Shown piece by piece: positions 52,329 to 64,000 of a stretch of DNA of 64,000 nt. The notes under the pieces are model-generated. The model did not search any database. It worked only from the letters and a program-made list of their open reading frames with translations, and was not told where the DNA came from. Within the stretch, counting starts at the first letter, position 1; every line of letters begins with the position of its first letter. The stretch is from NCBI RefSeq assembly GCF_964213995.1, contig NW_027590162.1, positions 868,001-932,000 of the forward strand, written 5' to 3'. Source of the DNA: Mustelus asterias (Eukaryota). The position numbers and the translations under genes are program-made.

Positions 52329-55300
52329 CAATTTGATTTACTGTTGTCACATGTATTGGCATACTGTGAAAAGTATTTTTTCTTGTGCGCTGTAAAAGCA
52401 AAGCATACCATTCACAGAGTACATGGGGAGAAAGAAATGACAGAGTGCAGAATGTAGTGTTACATTCATAACTAGTCTGCAGCGAAAGATCAATATAAGG
52501 TAGGTCCATTCAAAAGTCTGATGGCAGCAGGGAAGATGCGGTTCTTGAGTTGGTTGATACATGATCTCAGACGTTTGTATCTTTTTCCTGTTGGAAGAAG
52601 ATGGAAGAGAGTATGTCTGGGGTGCGTGGGGGTCTTTGATTATGCTGGCTGCTCTTCTTATTCGTGATGGGAAGTGCAGACGGAGTCAATGGATGGGAGG
52701 CTGATTTGTGTGATGGACTGCGCTACTATAAGAACTGTTCGTAGTTTAAGGCGGTCTTGGTAAGAGCAGGAGCCATACCAAGCTGTGATACATCTGGAAA
52801 GGGTATTTTCTTTGGTGCATCTGAAAAACTTGGTGAGAGTCATAGCGGAAATCATAGAAATTATAGAAACCCGACAGTGCAGAAAGAGGCCATCTGGCCC
52901 ATCGGGTCTGCACCGACCACAATCCCACTCAGGCCCTACCCATATCCCTACACATTTACCCGCTAATCCCTCTAACCTACACATCTCAGGACACTAACGG
53001 GCAATTTTAGCACGGCCAATCAACCTAACCCGCACATCTTTGGACTGTGGGAGGAAACCGGAGCACCCGGAGGAAACCCACGCAGACACGAGGAGAATGT
53101 GCAAACTCCACACAGGCAAGGCTGAATTTCCTTAGCCTTCTGAGAAATTAGAGGTCTTACTTAACTATAGTGTCAGGGTGGAAGGACCAGGACAAGTTAT
53201 TGGTGATCTCGACACCCAGAAACCTGAAGCTCTCAACAATTTCCATTTCATCCCCATTGATGTAGACAGGGGCATGTCCTCCACGATGCTTCCTGAAGTT
53301 AATGACAATCCCCTTTGTTTGGTTGACATTGAGGGAGAGATTATTGTCGTTGCACTAATTTACCAGATTCTCCATCGCATTCCTATAGTCCGTCTCATCA
53401 TTGTTTGAGCTCCGATCCACTATGGTGGTACCATCAGCAAACTTGAAAATAGAGTTGAAGCGGAATTTGGCCACACAGTCATAAGTGTATAAGGAGCATC
53501 ATCAGGGGTTGAGGATACAGCCTTGTGGGGCACTGGTGTTGAGAATAATCGTGGAGGAGGTGTCGTTGCTTATCTTTACTAATTGCGGTCTGTGGGTTAA
53601 GAAGTCTAGGATGCAGTCGCAGAGGGAGGAACCAAGCCCTAGCCATGGTGTTTGAAGATGGGTTTTGTAGGAATAATGGTGTTGAAGGCTGAGCTGTAAT
53701 CAATAAATGGGAATCTGACATGTGTCTTTGTTATCCAGGTGTTCCAGGGTTGAGTACACGGTCAGGGAGATGGCATCTACTGTGGACCTGTTGCAGCAGT
53801 AGGTGAACTGTAGTGGATTCAGGCAATCTGGGAGGCTGGAGCTGATCCATGCCATGGCTAACCTTTCGAAGCAGTTCATAATGATGGATGTCAGAGCTAC
53901 CAGGCAATAGTCATGAAGGCATGATGCCTGGCTTTTCTTTGGTACAGGGATGATGTCATCTTCTTGAAGCAGATAGGGACCTCAGACTGGTGAAAGGAGA
54001 GGTTAAAGATGTCTGCGAATACCCCTGCCAGCTGGTCTGCGCAGGATCTGAGTGCCTGTCCCCGTACCCCATCCAGGCCAGTTGCTTTCCGCGGGTTGAC
54101 TTTCAAGAAGGCTGATCTGAAGTCTGTGATGGTGACCTCGGAGACAGGTTCGGCCAAGTCTCTCAGAGTGGAGGGCAACCTCTCTCTTCCTCAAAACAGA
54201 CATAGAATGCATTGAGCTCATCAGGGAGAGGGGCATTGTCGCTGGCAATTCTACATTCCTTCATCTGGTAGCCTGTTATGTCTTTCAGACCTTACCATAA
54301 ACGCTGGGAGTCCATGTGGCGAGCCGAGGACTCTAGCTTGGTCCGGTACTGGCACTTGGCATCTTTGATGATTCCCTGTAAATCACATCTGGATTTCTTT
54401 ACAGTTCAGGGTCCCCTGACTGGAACCCCTCGGACCTGGACTTCAGGAAGCAGTGGATATCCCTGTTCATCCATGCTTTCTGGTTGGGAAAAACATGGAT
54501 TTGCTTCTTTGGCTCAGTCTTCTCTGCAATTACTAATGAAGTCAGTTACTGTAGTGACGTACTCATTCAGGGTGCTTGCAGAGTTTTTAAATATTGACCA
54601 GTGCATTGACTCGAAGCAGTCACCTAGGAGATCATCCGATTCCTCAGACCAACAATGCGTGACTTTCTTTAATCGGATTCTCCTGCTTCAGTTTTTTGCT
54701 TGTAAGCTGGGAGCAGGAGCACAGCCTTGTGATCTGATTTGCCAAAGTTTGGGCGGGCGATAGAACGGTAGGCATGTTTGGTTTTTGTGTAACAGTGGTC
54801 GAGGATGTTTGGGCCTCTTGTGGGACAGGTGACATGTTGGTAGTACCTTGGTAAGACACTCTTGAGATTGGCCTGGTTGAAGTCCCCGGCCTCGATGAAC
54901 AAGGCCTCGGGATATTTTGTCTCAAGGCTGTTTGTGGTGGTAGATATTTAATCCAGCGCGACCTTCATGTCTGCCTGGGGTGGAATGTAAACTGCTGTCA
55001 GGATAACAGAGGTGAACTCCCGTGGAAGGTTGTCGGGGCAGCATTTCAGCGTCAGGTATTCTAGGTCCGAGGAGCAGAAACTCGCCAGTGTTGTGACACC
55101 GGAGCACCAAGAGGTGTTGATTAGAAGGCAGACGCCACCTGCGCAAGCCTTATCTGAGGCCGCTGTACGGTCCATTTGGTGGATGGAGAAGCCCTGTGGT
55201 TGTAGGGCACTGTCCGGTGAAGCAGGTGTGGTCTGTGTCTCCGTGAAACAGAGCACACAGCAGTCTCTCAGTTCCCTTTGAAAAGTGAGTCTGGTTTTAA

Positions 55301-55760
55301 GTTCATCTAGATTGTGTTCCAGAGATTGATCATTTGCCAGGAGTAAGCTGGGGAGGGGGGCCTTGGAACCACATTGTTTCAGTCTCACCTGCAAGCCTGC
55401 GCGTTTCCCACGCTTCCTGGGGTGGCTGCTTCCTGTCGTGCCTGTGAGACGGTGTTTAGTCTGTGGGATCAAGGGTGTAGCTGTATCCTGTTTCCGCTTT
55501 GGTTGGTGTGTGGGTGGAGGATTTGTTGCCATGGTCACGGTTTCTGCGTCGGCAGTCGGGTCTGAGCGGTCGGGAGTTCCGGGTCGCTGTCGGGCTGCGG
55601 TTTGAGTTTGGAGGGTGTTCACACCACACTCCGGCGTGGACGGGTTGAAGGTCGGTTAGTGGATGGGGTCTCGAGTCATGGCTGGGTCCACGTGTTCGGG
55701 TTCTCCGGGTCACTGCCAGGTTGGGGTCTTCCTTCCGAGGTCAGAGGATCTCTAGTCTTG
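52329..55760 (-). mobile_element. Near-full-length Rex1/Babar-type LINE, decayed
   Basis: RKRGKRAG..LPSLLLAN..CCVLCFTET..AVYIPP (54948-55622), AGDFN..LDHCY..SDH (54669-54902), KATGLDGV..LAGVFADIFNLS (53897-54178), and an AATCAA-type 3' tail. Confidence 0.88.
52850..53115 (-). mobile_element. HE1-type SINE, 5'-truncated, nested in a Rex1/Babar LINE
   Basis: Core and tail match the other copies. Confidence 0.9.
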
Positions 55761-56204
55761 CAAATAAATTTAAAAGAGCAGTTTTAGTAATTTATAAATC
55801 TCACTACATAATCATAATGAACAGCCACAAAGGAACCCCAGTGATACAAACATTGTCAATGTGTGACTGCAGGCCTCAGTGTCTGTGTACGAGATGCATG
55901 ATCAGTGGCGGTAGGCGCTATGACAATTCAATGACATTCAGATAGAACTGAAACCCTGCACTGCTCCATGAATGGGATAACCGGATGGAGCAGGGACATT
56001 TGTAATGTTCATATTTCCATTCATTGCTCCCGTGTGATTAACCAGATCGTAATCAAAACCAACCAGTCTCTGTTTAAAATGTGTCCATCCTCGTTCTCAC
56101 CTGGTGCCTGCAAGAGCTGCTCTTTGTCTAACTCCCCACATCCTGACTGTCTGCCTCTGTTTCCAATCTTCACTGTCCAATAACAACACTCACGTTGTTT
56201 TGTT

Positions 56205-56404
56205 TCTTAAAGACTTGATTAGCTGTAAGTATTTGCATTCCAACCATTATTCATGTAAATTGAGTTTGTGTCTTTATATGCCCTGTTTGTGAACAGAATT
56301 CCCACTCACCTGAAGGAGGGGCTTGGAGCTCCGAAAGCTTGTGTGGCTTTTGCTACCAAATAAACCTGTTGGACTTTAACCTGGTGTTGTTAAACTTCTT
56401 ACTG
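56205..56404 (+). mobile_element. Penelope-like terminal repeat fragment
   Basis: CTGAAGGAGGGGCTTGGAGCTCCGAAAGCTT followed by AATAAACCTGTTGGAC. Confidence 0.7.
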
Positions 56405-57109
56405 CAATAACAACAAACCAGGGGAGACTGGAACTAGAGTCATTACCGTATGGAAGGAGGCCATTCGCCACATCCAGTCCATGCTGGTTCTCCGTGGAGC
56501 AATCCAGTCAGTCCCATTCACCTGCTCTATCCCCATCGCCCGACAAGTTTATTTCCCTCAAATGTCCCTCCAAATTCCTCTTTGATATAATTCATCGTCT
56601 CGGCTTCCAACCTCAGAGACAGCAACTTCCAGGTTGTCACTCGCTGCATGAGAAGTTCTTCCACACATCCCCTTTCTGACTCTTCCAAAACCTTCAACTT
56701 GTGCCCCCTAGTCCTTATACTATCAGTGAATGGAATCAGCTTTTCTTTGTCTACCTGAACCACACCAGCCATAATCCTGTCCACCTCGATCAGATCTCTC
56801 TCTCAATCTGCTTTGCTCCAAAAAGATCAACCCCAGCTTCTGCAACCTAACTTTGTGGCTAAAACCCCTCATTGCTGAAACCATTCTGGTCAATCTCCTC
56901 TGCACCCGCTGAACCACCGTCACATGTTTCCTCAAGTGTGCTGAGCAGAACTGGACTCAATGCTTCAGCTGTGATCCAATCAGAGTTTTCTAAAGGCTCA
57001 GCATAACTTGCATGATTCTGTACTCAATGCCTGTGTCCTCATGGAGAGGGTCACTCATGTGGACGAGGAGGGTTTGAACTAAACTGGCACGGGATGTGCA
57101 CCATTATAT

Positions 57110-58793
57110 AGAAGTGGAAAAGAGGAATATCTGGAGAAAGAAAAAGAAAATCACCGGCTCCAACGCACGCCTCCCTGATGAGCTCAATGCATTCTGTGCC
57201 CGCTCTGAGCAAGAGGTCAGCGAGAGCACGCCCTCCACCCTGGAAGCCTGAGATGAATCTGTATCCGAGGTCACCATTGCAAATGTCAGAGCAGCTTTCT
57301 CAGAGGTCAACCCAAGGAAAGTGACTGCCTCGGATGGGGTACCCGGACAAGCACTCAGATCCTGCCTGGATCAGCTGGCGGGGGCATTCGCAGACATCTT
57401 CAACCTCTTTTTACAACAATCTCAGGTCCCTGCCTGCTTCAAGACAACGAGCATCATCCCAGTACCAAAGAAAAGCTAAGCAGCGTGCCTCAATGACCAT
57501 TATCCAGTGGCTCAGACATCCATCATTAGGAAGTGCATCGAAAGATTAGACATGGCACAAATCAATTCCAGCCTCCCAGACTATCTGGATCTACTACAGT
57601 TCGCCTACCAGCGCAACAATACACAGCAGACGCCATCTCCCTGCCCCTGCACTCAGCCCTGGAACACCTAGATAACAAAGACACTTACAGCAGACTTCTA
57701 TTTATTGACTACAGCTCAGCCTTCAACACCATTATTCCTGCAAAACTCATCTCCAAACTCCGTGGCCTGGACCTCGGCTCCTCCCTCTACGACTGGATAC
57801 GGAACTTCCTAACCCACAGACCACAATCAGGAAGAATAAGCAACAACACCTCCTCCACGATCATCCCCAACACAGGTGCCCCACAAGGCTGTGTTCTCAG
57901 CCCCCTACTATACTCCTGATACGCCTGTGACTGTGTGGCCAAATTCCCCTCCAATTCGATTTTCAAGTTTGCTGACGACACCACCGCAGTGGGCCGGATC
58001 GCAAACAATGATGAGAGAGTTCAGGAACAAGATAGAGAATCTCGTGAACTGGTGCGGTGACAATAATCTGTCCCCCAATGTCAACAAAATGAAGGAGATT
58101 GTCATCTACTTCAGGAAACATAAGAGAGAACATGCCGCTGTCTACGTTAACGGGGACGAAGTAGAAATGGTCGAGAGCTTCATGTTTTTAGGTGTCCAGA
58201 TCACCAACAACCTGTCCTGGTCCCCTCATGCCGACACTATAGTTAAGAAAGCACCACCAACGTCTATACTTTCTCAGAAGACTAAAGAAATTTAGCACAT
58301 CAGCTACGACTCTCACCAACTGTTAGAGATGCACCATAGAAAGCATTATTTTTGGCTGTATCACAACTTGGTTTGGCTCCTGCTCTGCCCAAGACTGCAA
58401 GAAACTACAAAATGTTGTGAATGTCGCCCAATCCATCACGCAAACCAGCCTCCTATCCATTGACTCTGTCTACACTTCCTGCTGCCAGCCAGCAGAATTC
58501 AGGACCCCACTCACCCCAGACATTATCGCTTCCACCTTCTTCCGTTGGGAAAAAGATAGAAAAGTCTGAGGTCACGTACCAACCGACTCAAGAACAGTTT
58601 CTTCCCTGCTGCTGCCAGACTTTTGAATGGACCTACCTTGCATTAAGTTGATCTTTCTCTACACCCTAGCTATGACTACATTCTGCACTCTCTCCTTTCC
58701 TTCTCTATGAAAGTTATGCTTAGTCTATATGGCGCGCGAGAAACAGTAATTTTCACTATATACTCATACACGTGAAAATAATAAATCAAATCA
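57110..58793 (+). mobile_element. Rex1/Babar-type LINE 3' half, decayed
   Basis: [38 protein letters not shown]; 3' UTR ends AATAAATCAAATCA. Same family as 52329-55760; tail-only copies lie at about 50158-50278 and 21733-21851. Confidence 0.9.
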
Positions 58794-58879
58794 TATAAGG
58801 TAGGAGTATATGAAGAAGGAATCTCAGTGGAATACAAGGATAGGTTTGGAAAGCATGTGTGTAATCACACAAAGTGTCA

Positions 58880-60450
58880 TCGAGTCAGAGGTTTACAGCA
58901 TGGAAACAGGCCCTTTGGCCCAACTGGCCCATGCCACCCCGTTTTTTAACCCCTAAACTAGTCCCAATTACCTGCATTTGGCCCATATCCCTCTATACCC
59001 ATCTTACCCATGTAACTGTCTAAACACTTCTTAACAGACAAAATTGTACCCACCTCTACTACTACTGTGGCAGCTTGTTCCAGACACTTATCACCCTCTG
59101 GGTGAAAACATTGCCCCTCTGGACTCTTTTATATCTCTCCCCTCTCACCTTAAACCGATGCCCTCTCGTTTTAGACTCCCCTACCTTTTGGAAAAGATAT
59201 CGACTATCTCGCTGCCCCTCATTATTTTATAACACTCTATAACATCACCCCTCAGCCTTGTATGCTTCAGAGAAAAAAGTCCCAGTCTATTCAGCCTCTC
59301 CTTATAATTCAAACCATCAGGTCACGGTAGCATCCTATAAATCTTTTCTGCACTCTTTCTTATTTAATAATATCCTTTCTATAATGTGACCAGAACTGTA
59401 CACAGTATTCCAAGTGTGGCCTGATCAATAGAACCATAGAACCATAGAAAATTACAGCTCAGAAACAGGCCTTTTGGCCCTTCTTGTCTGTGCCGAACCA
59501 TTTTTTGCTTAGTCCCACTGACCTGCACTTTGACCATATCCCTCCACACCCCTCTCATCCATGAACCCGTCCAAGTTTTTCTTAAATGTTAAAAGTGACC
59601 CCGCATTTACCACTTTATCCGGCAGCTCATTCCACACTCCCACCACTCTCTGCGTGAAGAGGCCCCCCCCCGTGGGGCGGCACGGTAGCACAGTGGTTAG
59701 CACTGCTGCTTCACAGCTCCAGGGACCTGGGTTCGATTCCCGGCTTGGGTCACTGTCTGTGTGGAGTTTGCACATTCTCCTCGTGTCTGCGTGGGTTTCC
59801 TCCGGGTGCTCCGGTTTCCTCCCACAGTCCAAAGATGTGCGGGTTAGGTTGATTGGCCAGGTTAAAAATTGCCCCTTAGAGTCCTGAGATGTGTAGGTTT
59901 GAGGGATTAGCGGGTAGATATGTGGGGGTAGGGCCTGGGTGGGATTGTGGTCGGTGCAGACCCGATGGGCCGAATGGCCTCCTTCTGCACTGTAGGGTTT
60001 CTATGATTTCTATGATTCCCTTTAAACTTTTCTCCTTTCACCCTTAACCCATGCCCTCTTGTACAACTTCGACAAGACGGCCCAATGTCTTGTACAATTT
60101 CAACGACCCAATGTCTTGTACAACTTCAACAAGACGTCCCAACTCCTGTATTCAATATTCTGACCAATGAAACGAAGCATGCTGAATGTCTTCTTCACCA
60201 TTCTGTCCACCTGTGTCTTCACTTTCAAGGAGCTATGAACCTGTACCCCTAGATCTCTTTGTTCTATAACGCTCCCCAACTCCCTATTATTAACTGACTA
60301 AGTCCTGCCCTGGTTCGATCTACCAAAATGCATCACTTTGCATTTGTCGAAATTAAACTCCATCTGCCATTCGTCAGCCCACTGGCCCAATTGATCACAA
60401 TCCTAGATAACCTTCTTCACTGTCCACTATGCCAGCAATCTTGGTAACAT
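58880..60450 (-). mobile_element. CR1 3' fragment containing a nested CR1 tail (about 59430-60058), which itself contains a SINE
   Basis: The host is colinear across the insert (...GGCCTGATCAAT | GTCTTGTACAACTTC...). The nested piece has a TTCTATGG-repeat tail. Confidence 0.85.
59674..60016 (+). mobile_element. HE1-type SINE, full length
   Basis: Near-identical to 7372; nested in a CR1 3' fragment. Confidence 0.93.
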
Positions 60451-61035
60451 AGTGGACAGTGTGGTGAATAAGGTTGGTGAGTTAGAAGCACAAATAGCCA
60501 CATAGGAACACAAGAGAGTGTCAATGTTGAAAATGTGGTCTGGAAATGGAGAGAACCGGGCGATTACTATTCAATACAATGTGAACAGAAAAGAGAGAAG
60601 GGTAAAAGGTAGGTGTGGTGAGAAGGAAATGGAGCAGCAAATCTCTAGGCAGATCATGCATTGTAGATACAGAATTAATTCCATTCTCACACAGACTGAC
60701 AGGGAGGTTGACCACATGATCCAAGTGTCTGGAGGTGGTCACTTGAGTAACAGTGATCATTGTATCACAAGCTTGATATTAGCAAGGAACAATCTAAAGT
60801 AGCACTTCTGAATGGGAAGAGGACTAACCTCAATGGGAGGAGCTGGGATTGAGCCAGAGTAACCTGGAGCCAAAATCTGACAGGAAAAGCTGTCACAGAA
60901 CAATGGGTGATCTTTCAGGAGATGTTTCAGGTACAGACTCGGTACATTCTAACCAGGGTGAAAGGGAGGGGAACCAAAGCCAGGGCTCCTTGGAGGATGA
61001 GGAAGATAGAAAGTATAATGAAACAATGAAGAGGC

Positions 61036-62258
61036 CATTTGATTGAGTTTTTTGAAGGGGTAACCAAGAAGGTAGATGAGGGCAGTGCAGTTGATGTTGT
61101 CTACATGGACTTTAGCAAGGCCTTTGACAAGGTACCGCATGGTAGGTTGTTGCATAAGGTTAAATCTCACGGGATCCAGGGTGAGGTATCTAATTGGATA
61201 CAAAATTGACTTCTTGACAGAAGCCAGACGGTGGTTGTAGAGAGTTGTTTTTCAAACTGGAGGCCTGTGACCAGCAGTGTGCCTCTGGGATCTGTGCTAG
61301 GTCCACTGTTATTTGTCATTTATATGAATGATTTGATGAGAATATGAGGAATGGTTAGTAAGTTTGCAGATGACACTACGATTGGTGGCAGAGTGGACAG
61401 TGAAGAAAGTGATCTCCAATTGCAAGGGGATCTTGATCAATTGGGCCAGTGGGCTGACGAATGACAGATGGAGTTTAATTTAGATAAATGCGAGGTGATG
61501 CATTTTGGTAGATTGAACCAGGGCAGGACTGACTCAGTTAATAGTAGGGCATTGGGGAAAGTTACAGAACAAAGAGATTTAGGGGTACATGTTCATAGCT
61601 CCTTGAAAGTGGAGTCACAGGTGGACAGAGTGGTGAAGAAGGCATTCGGCATGCTTGGTTTCATTGGTCAGAACACTGAATACAGGACTTGGAATGTCTT
61701 GTTGAAGTTGTACAAAACATTGGTAAAGCCACACTTGGAATAGTGTGTGCAATTCTGGTCACCCTATTTTAGAAAGGATATTATTAAATTAGAAAGAGTG
61801 CAGAAAATATTTACTGGGATGCTACCGGGACTTGATGGATTGAGTTATAAGGAGAGGCTGGATAAACTGGGACTTTTTCTTCTGGAGCGTAGGTGATGAT
61901 CTTACAGAGGTCTATAAAATAATGAGGTGGATAATCAGCTGGATAGTCTATATCTTTTCCCAAAGGTAGGGGAGTCTAAAACTAGAGTGAAGAGATACAA
62001 AAGTGTCCAGAGGGGCAATTCTTTCACACAGAGGATGGTGAGTGTCTGGAACAAGCTACCAGAGGTAGTAGTAGAGGCGGGTACAATTTTGTCTTTTAAA
62101 AAGCATTTAGATAGTTACATGGGTACAATGGGTATAGAGGGATATGGGCCAAATGCGGGCAATTGGGATTACCTTGACTTTTTTTTTTATAAAAAGGGCG
62201 GCATGGACAAGTTTGGCCGAAGGGCCTGTTTCCATGTTGTAAACCTCTATGACTCTAT
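61036..62258 (+). mobile_element. CR1 ORF2 3' portion, decayed
   Basis: [33 protein letters not shown]...KFADD...; ORF pieces 61468-61743 and 61927-62385; CTATGACT tail. Confidence 0.9.
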
Positions 62259-62289
62259 GCATATCAGAAGAATTCTTCAAGTGAGAACC

Positions 62290-63130
62290 ATTAGAGTGTG
62301 GAATTCAGACTCTATCTGTCCATCTCTGTTGCTGTATGAGAATGTGGAGTTAACTCATTCCCGCTATCTGTCAATCTGTACATGAGAGCACGATTCACTC
62401 TGTCAGTCTCTGTTACTGTATCTCAGGGTGGAACTACAGTGAATTTCTTTCTGTCAGTTTATTTGAGGATGGATTAATTCTCTGATGTGTCAGCCTGTAT
62501 TCGTGCAAGTGAGTGTGGAATTAAATTGATTCGCCAGTCTCAGTTCCTGTGTTTCAGTTTGCAATTACCTCTCTTGGGGCATCTTGACAAGTACATGAAT
62601 GAGATGGGAATAGAGGGATATGGTCCCCGGAAGCGTAGGGGGTTTTAGTTAAATCAGGCAGCATGGTTGGTGCAGGCTTGGAGGGCCGAAGGGTTTGTTC
62701 CTGTGCTGTAATTTTCTTTGTTCTCTGTCCTACCCTGGGGGTTGATTTGCTCAGTTGGCTGGACAGCGGGACCGTGATGCAGAGTAACCCCAACAGCGTG
62801 ACTTCATATTCCTGTACCAGCTGAGGATATTCATGAAAGGAGAGAGCAGCCTATGATCATCTGGGACTGTGCTGAATTTAGCCATTACCTTTCTGTCCAT
62901 CTTTGTTAGCGTATGTGAATATAGAATTAATTCTGTATCTGTTATTCTGCATTACTGTATGTGAATAGGGCAATAACACTGTTCGTCTCTGATTTGCACA
63001 TGAAGCTGGCATTACCTCTTCTCTATTCTTTATCCTTTACTGCAGTGTGGCATTAACACTCTGTCAATCTCTATCGCTGTATGTAGATGTGGAATTGACT
63101 CAATCAATTGATAATAATGTCTGTGTCAGT
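62290..63130 (+). repeat. Degenerate ~40-bp repeat related to the satellite (interrupted by a CR1 tail and a SINE piece at about 62575-62880)
   Basis: Recurrent GTGGAATTAACTC...CTCTGTTACTGT with high divergence, like 9925-10350. Confidence 0.7.
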
Positions 63131-64000
63131 GTCTGTTAGTGTATGGAAGTGGGTCACTGTCAGCTTAGCAAACTGCAGCGAGTGGAGGCTGATTCCTGAG
63201 ATGAAGGAGTTCCCTTATGAGGAAAAATTAAACAAGTCTGGCCAATTTTCAGTGGAGAAGAATGAGCGAGGATCGTACTAAAACATATAGGATTCTCAAG
63301 GGCTTGACAGTGTAGATGCTGACTGGGATGTTGCAATGTGTAGGGGGAAACTGGAACTAGAGGCACCGTTTAAAAATAAAGCATCTCCAATTTAAGATGG
63401 AGATTAGGAGGAATTACTTATTTTAAGGGTACCTTAATTTTTGTCATTGAATAGATTCAATCTTGAGTTAGACAGATTTTTGAGTTACAAGAGAATCAAG
63501 GGTTGTGGGGACAGGTACTGAAGTGGAGTGGAGGCCACAATCAGATCAGCCATGATCTTACTGAATGGCAGAACAGGCCTGATGGGCTGAATGGCCTTCT
63601 CCTGCTCCTTTTTCTTATGTTCTGGTAGTGTGTGTGTGGGACTAACTCCTTTTCTCAGTCTCTGTTACAGTTTTCAGTGTGGAATTAACTCAGTCTGATA
63701 CTGCATTTCAATGTGGAATTGATTCTCTGTCCGACACTTATTGTATGCGAGTGTGCAATGTTTCTTTAACTGTACAAGACACAGTTAATGATCTTTGATC
63801 AGAAGTGTTTTGACCCTACTGCTCTCAAATTTACTCAGAATTAAACCCATCACTTTCTCCTGCTTCTACAGACCAAAGTCACCCAAACAAAAACATACCT
63901 TCACAGAAACTGAGGGGCCGAATTCCAAAACCAACATCCAGCTTGATTCAAAATCGCTCTTAATTTGTCTATTTCAGGCCTCAGTTTTCTGAGCAACAGC

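Overview
This is vertebrate genomic DNA, most likely from a cartilaginous fish (shark). That call rests on the repeat content: HE1-type V-SINEs, several CR1/HER1-type LINE families, Rex1/Babar LINEs and Penelope-like remnants. The functional core is a replication-dependent histone cluster at about 34.8-39.6 kb: H2A(+), H3.2(-), H4(-) and H1(-), each intact with a 3' stem-loop and downstream element. No intact H2B is present. Only an undamaged 3' fragment of H2B survives at 23.2-23.3 kb, fused at a 2-nt microhomology to an inverted copy of a locally duplicated block. Four tRNA loci are interspersed: a near-canonical iMet with two wobble substitutions and three damaged copies (Leu-TAA, Gly-TCC, and a Ser-type body carrying a TAA anticodon). 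The rest is nested retroelements, a solo LTR, three tandem-repeat families (~40, 20 and ~59 bp units) and old segmental duplications. Less obvious signals are a CpG-island promoter with candidate spliced non-coding exons whose donor is kept in a paralog 52 kb away, an exact 12-mer at four sites near histone genes, several fold-back hairpins, hammerhead-like motifs in Penelope ends, and an unidentified decayed reading frame at 46.4-47.0 kb. I found no CRISPR array and no clearly new multi-gene system. Repeat boundaries were read by eye and are approximate unless a TSD is quoted.
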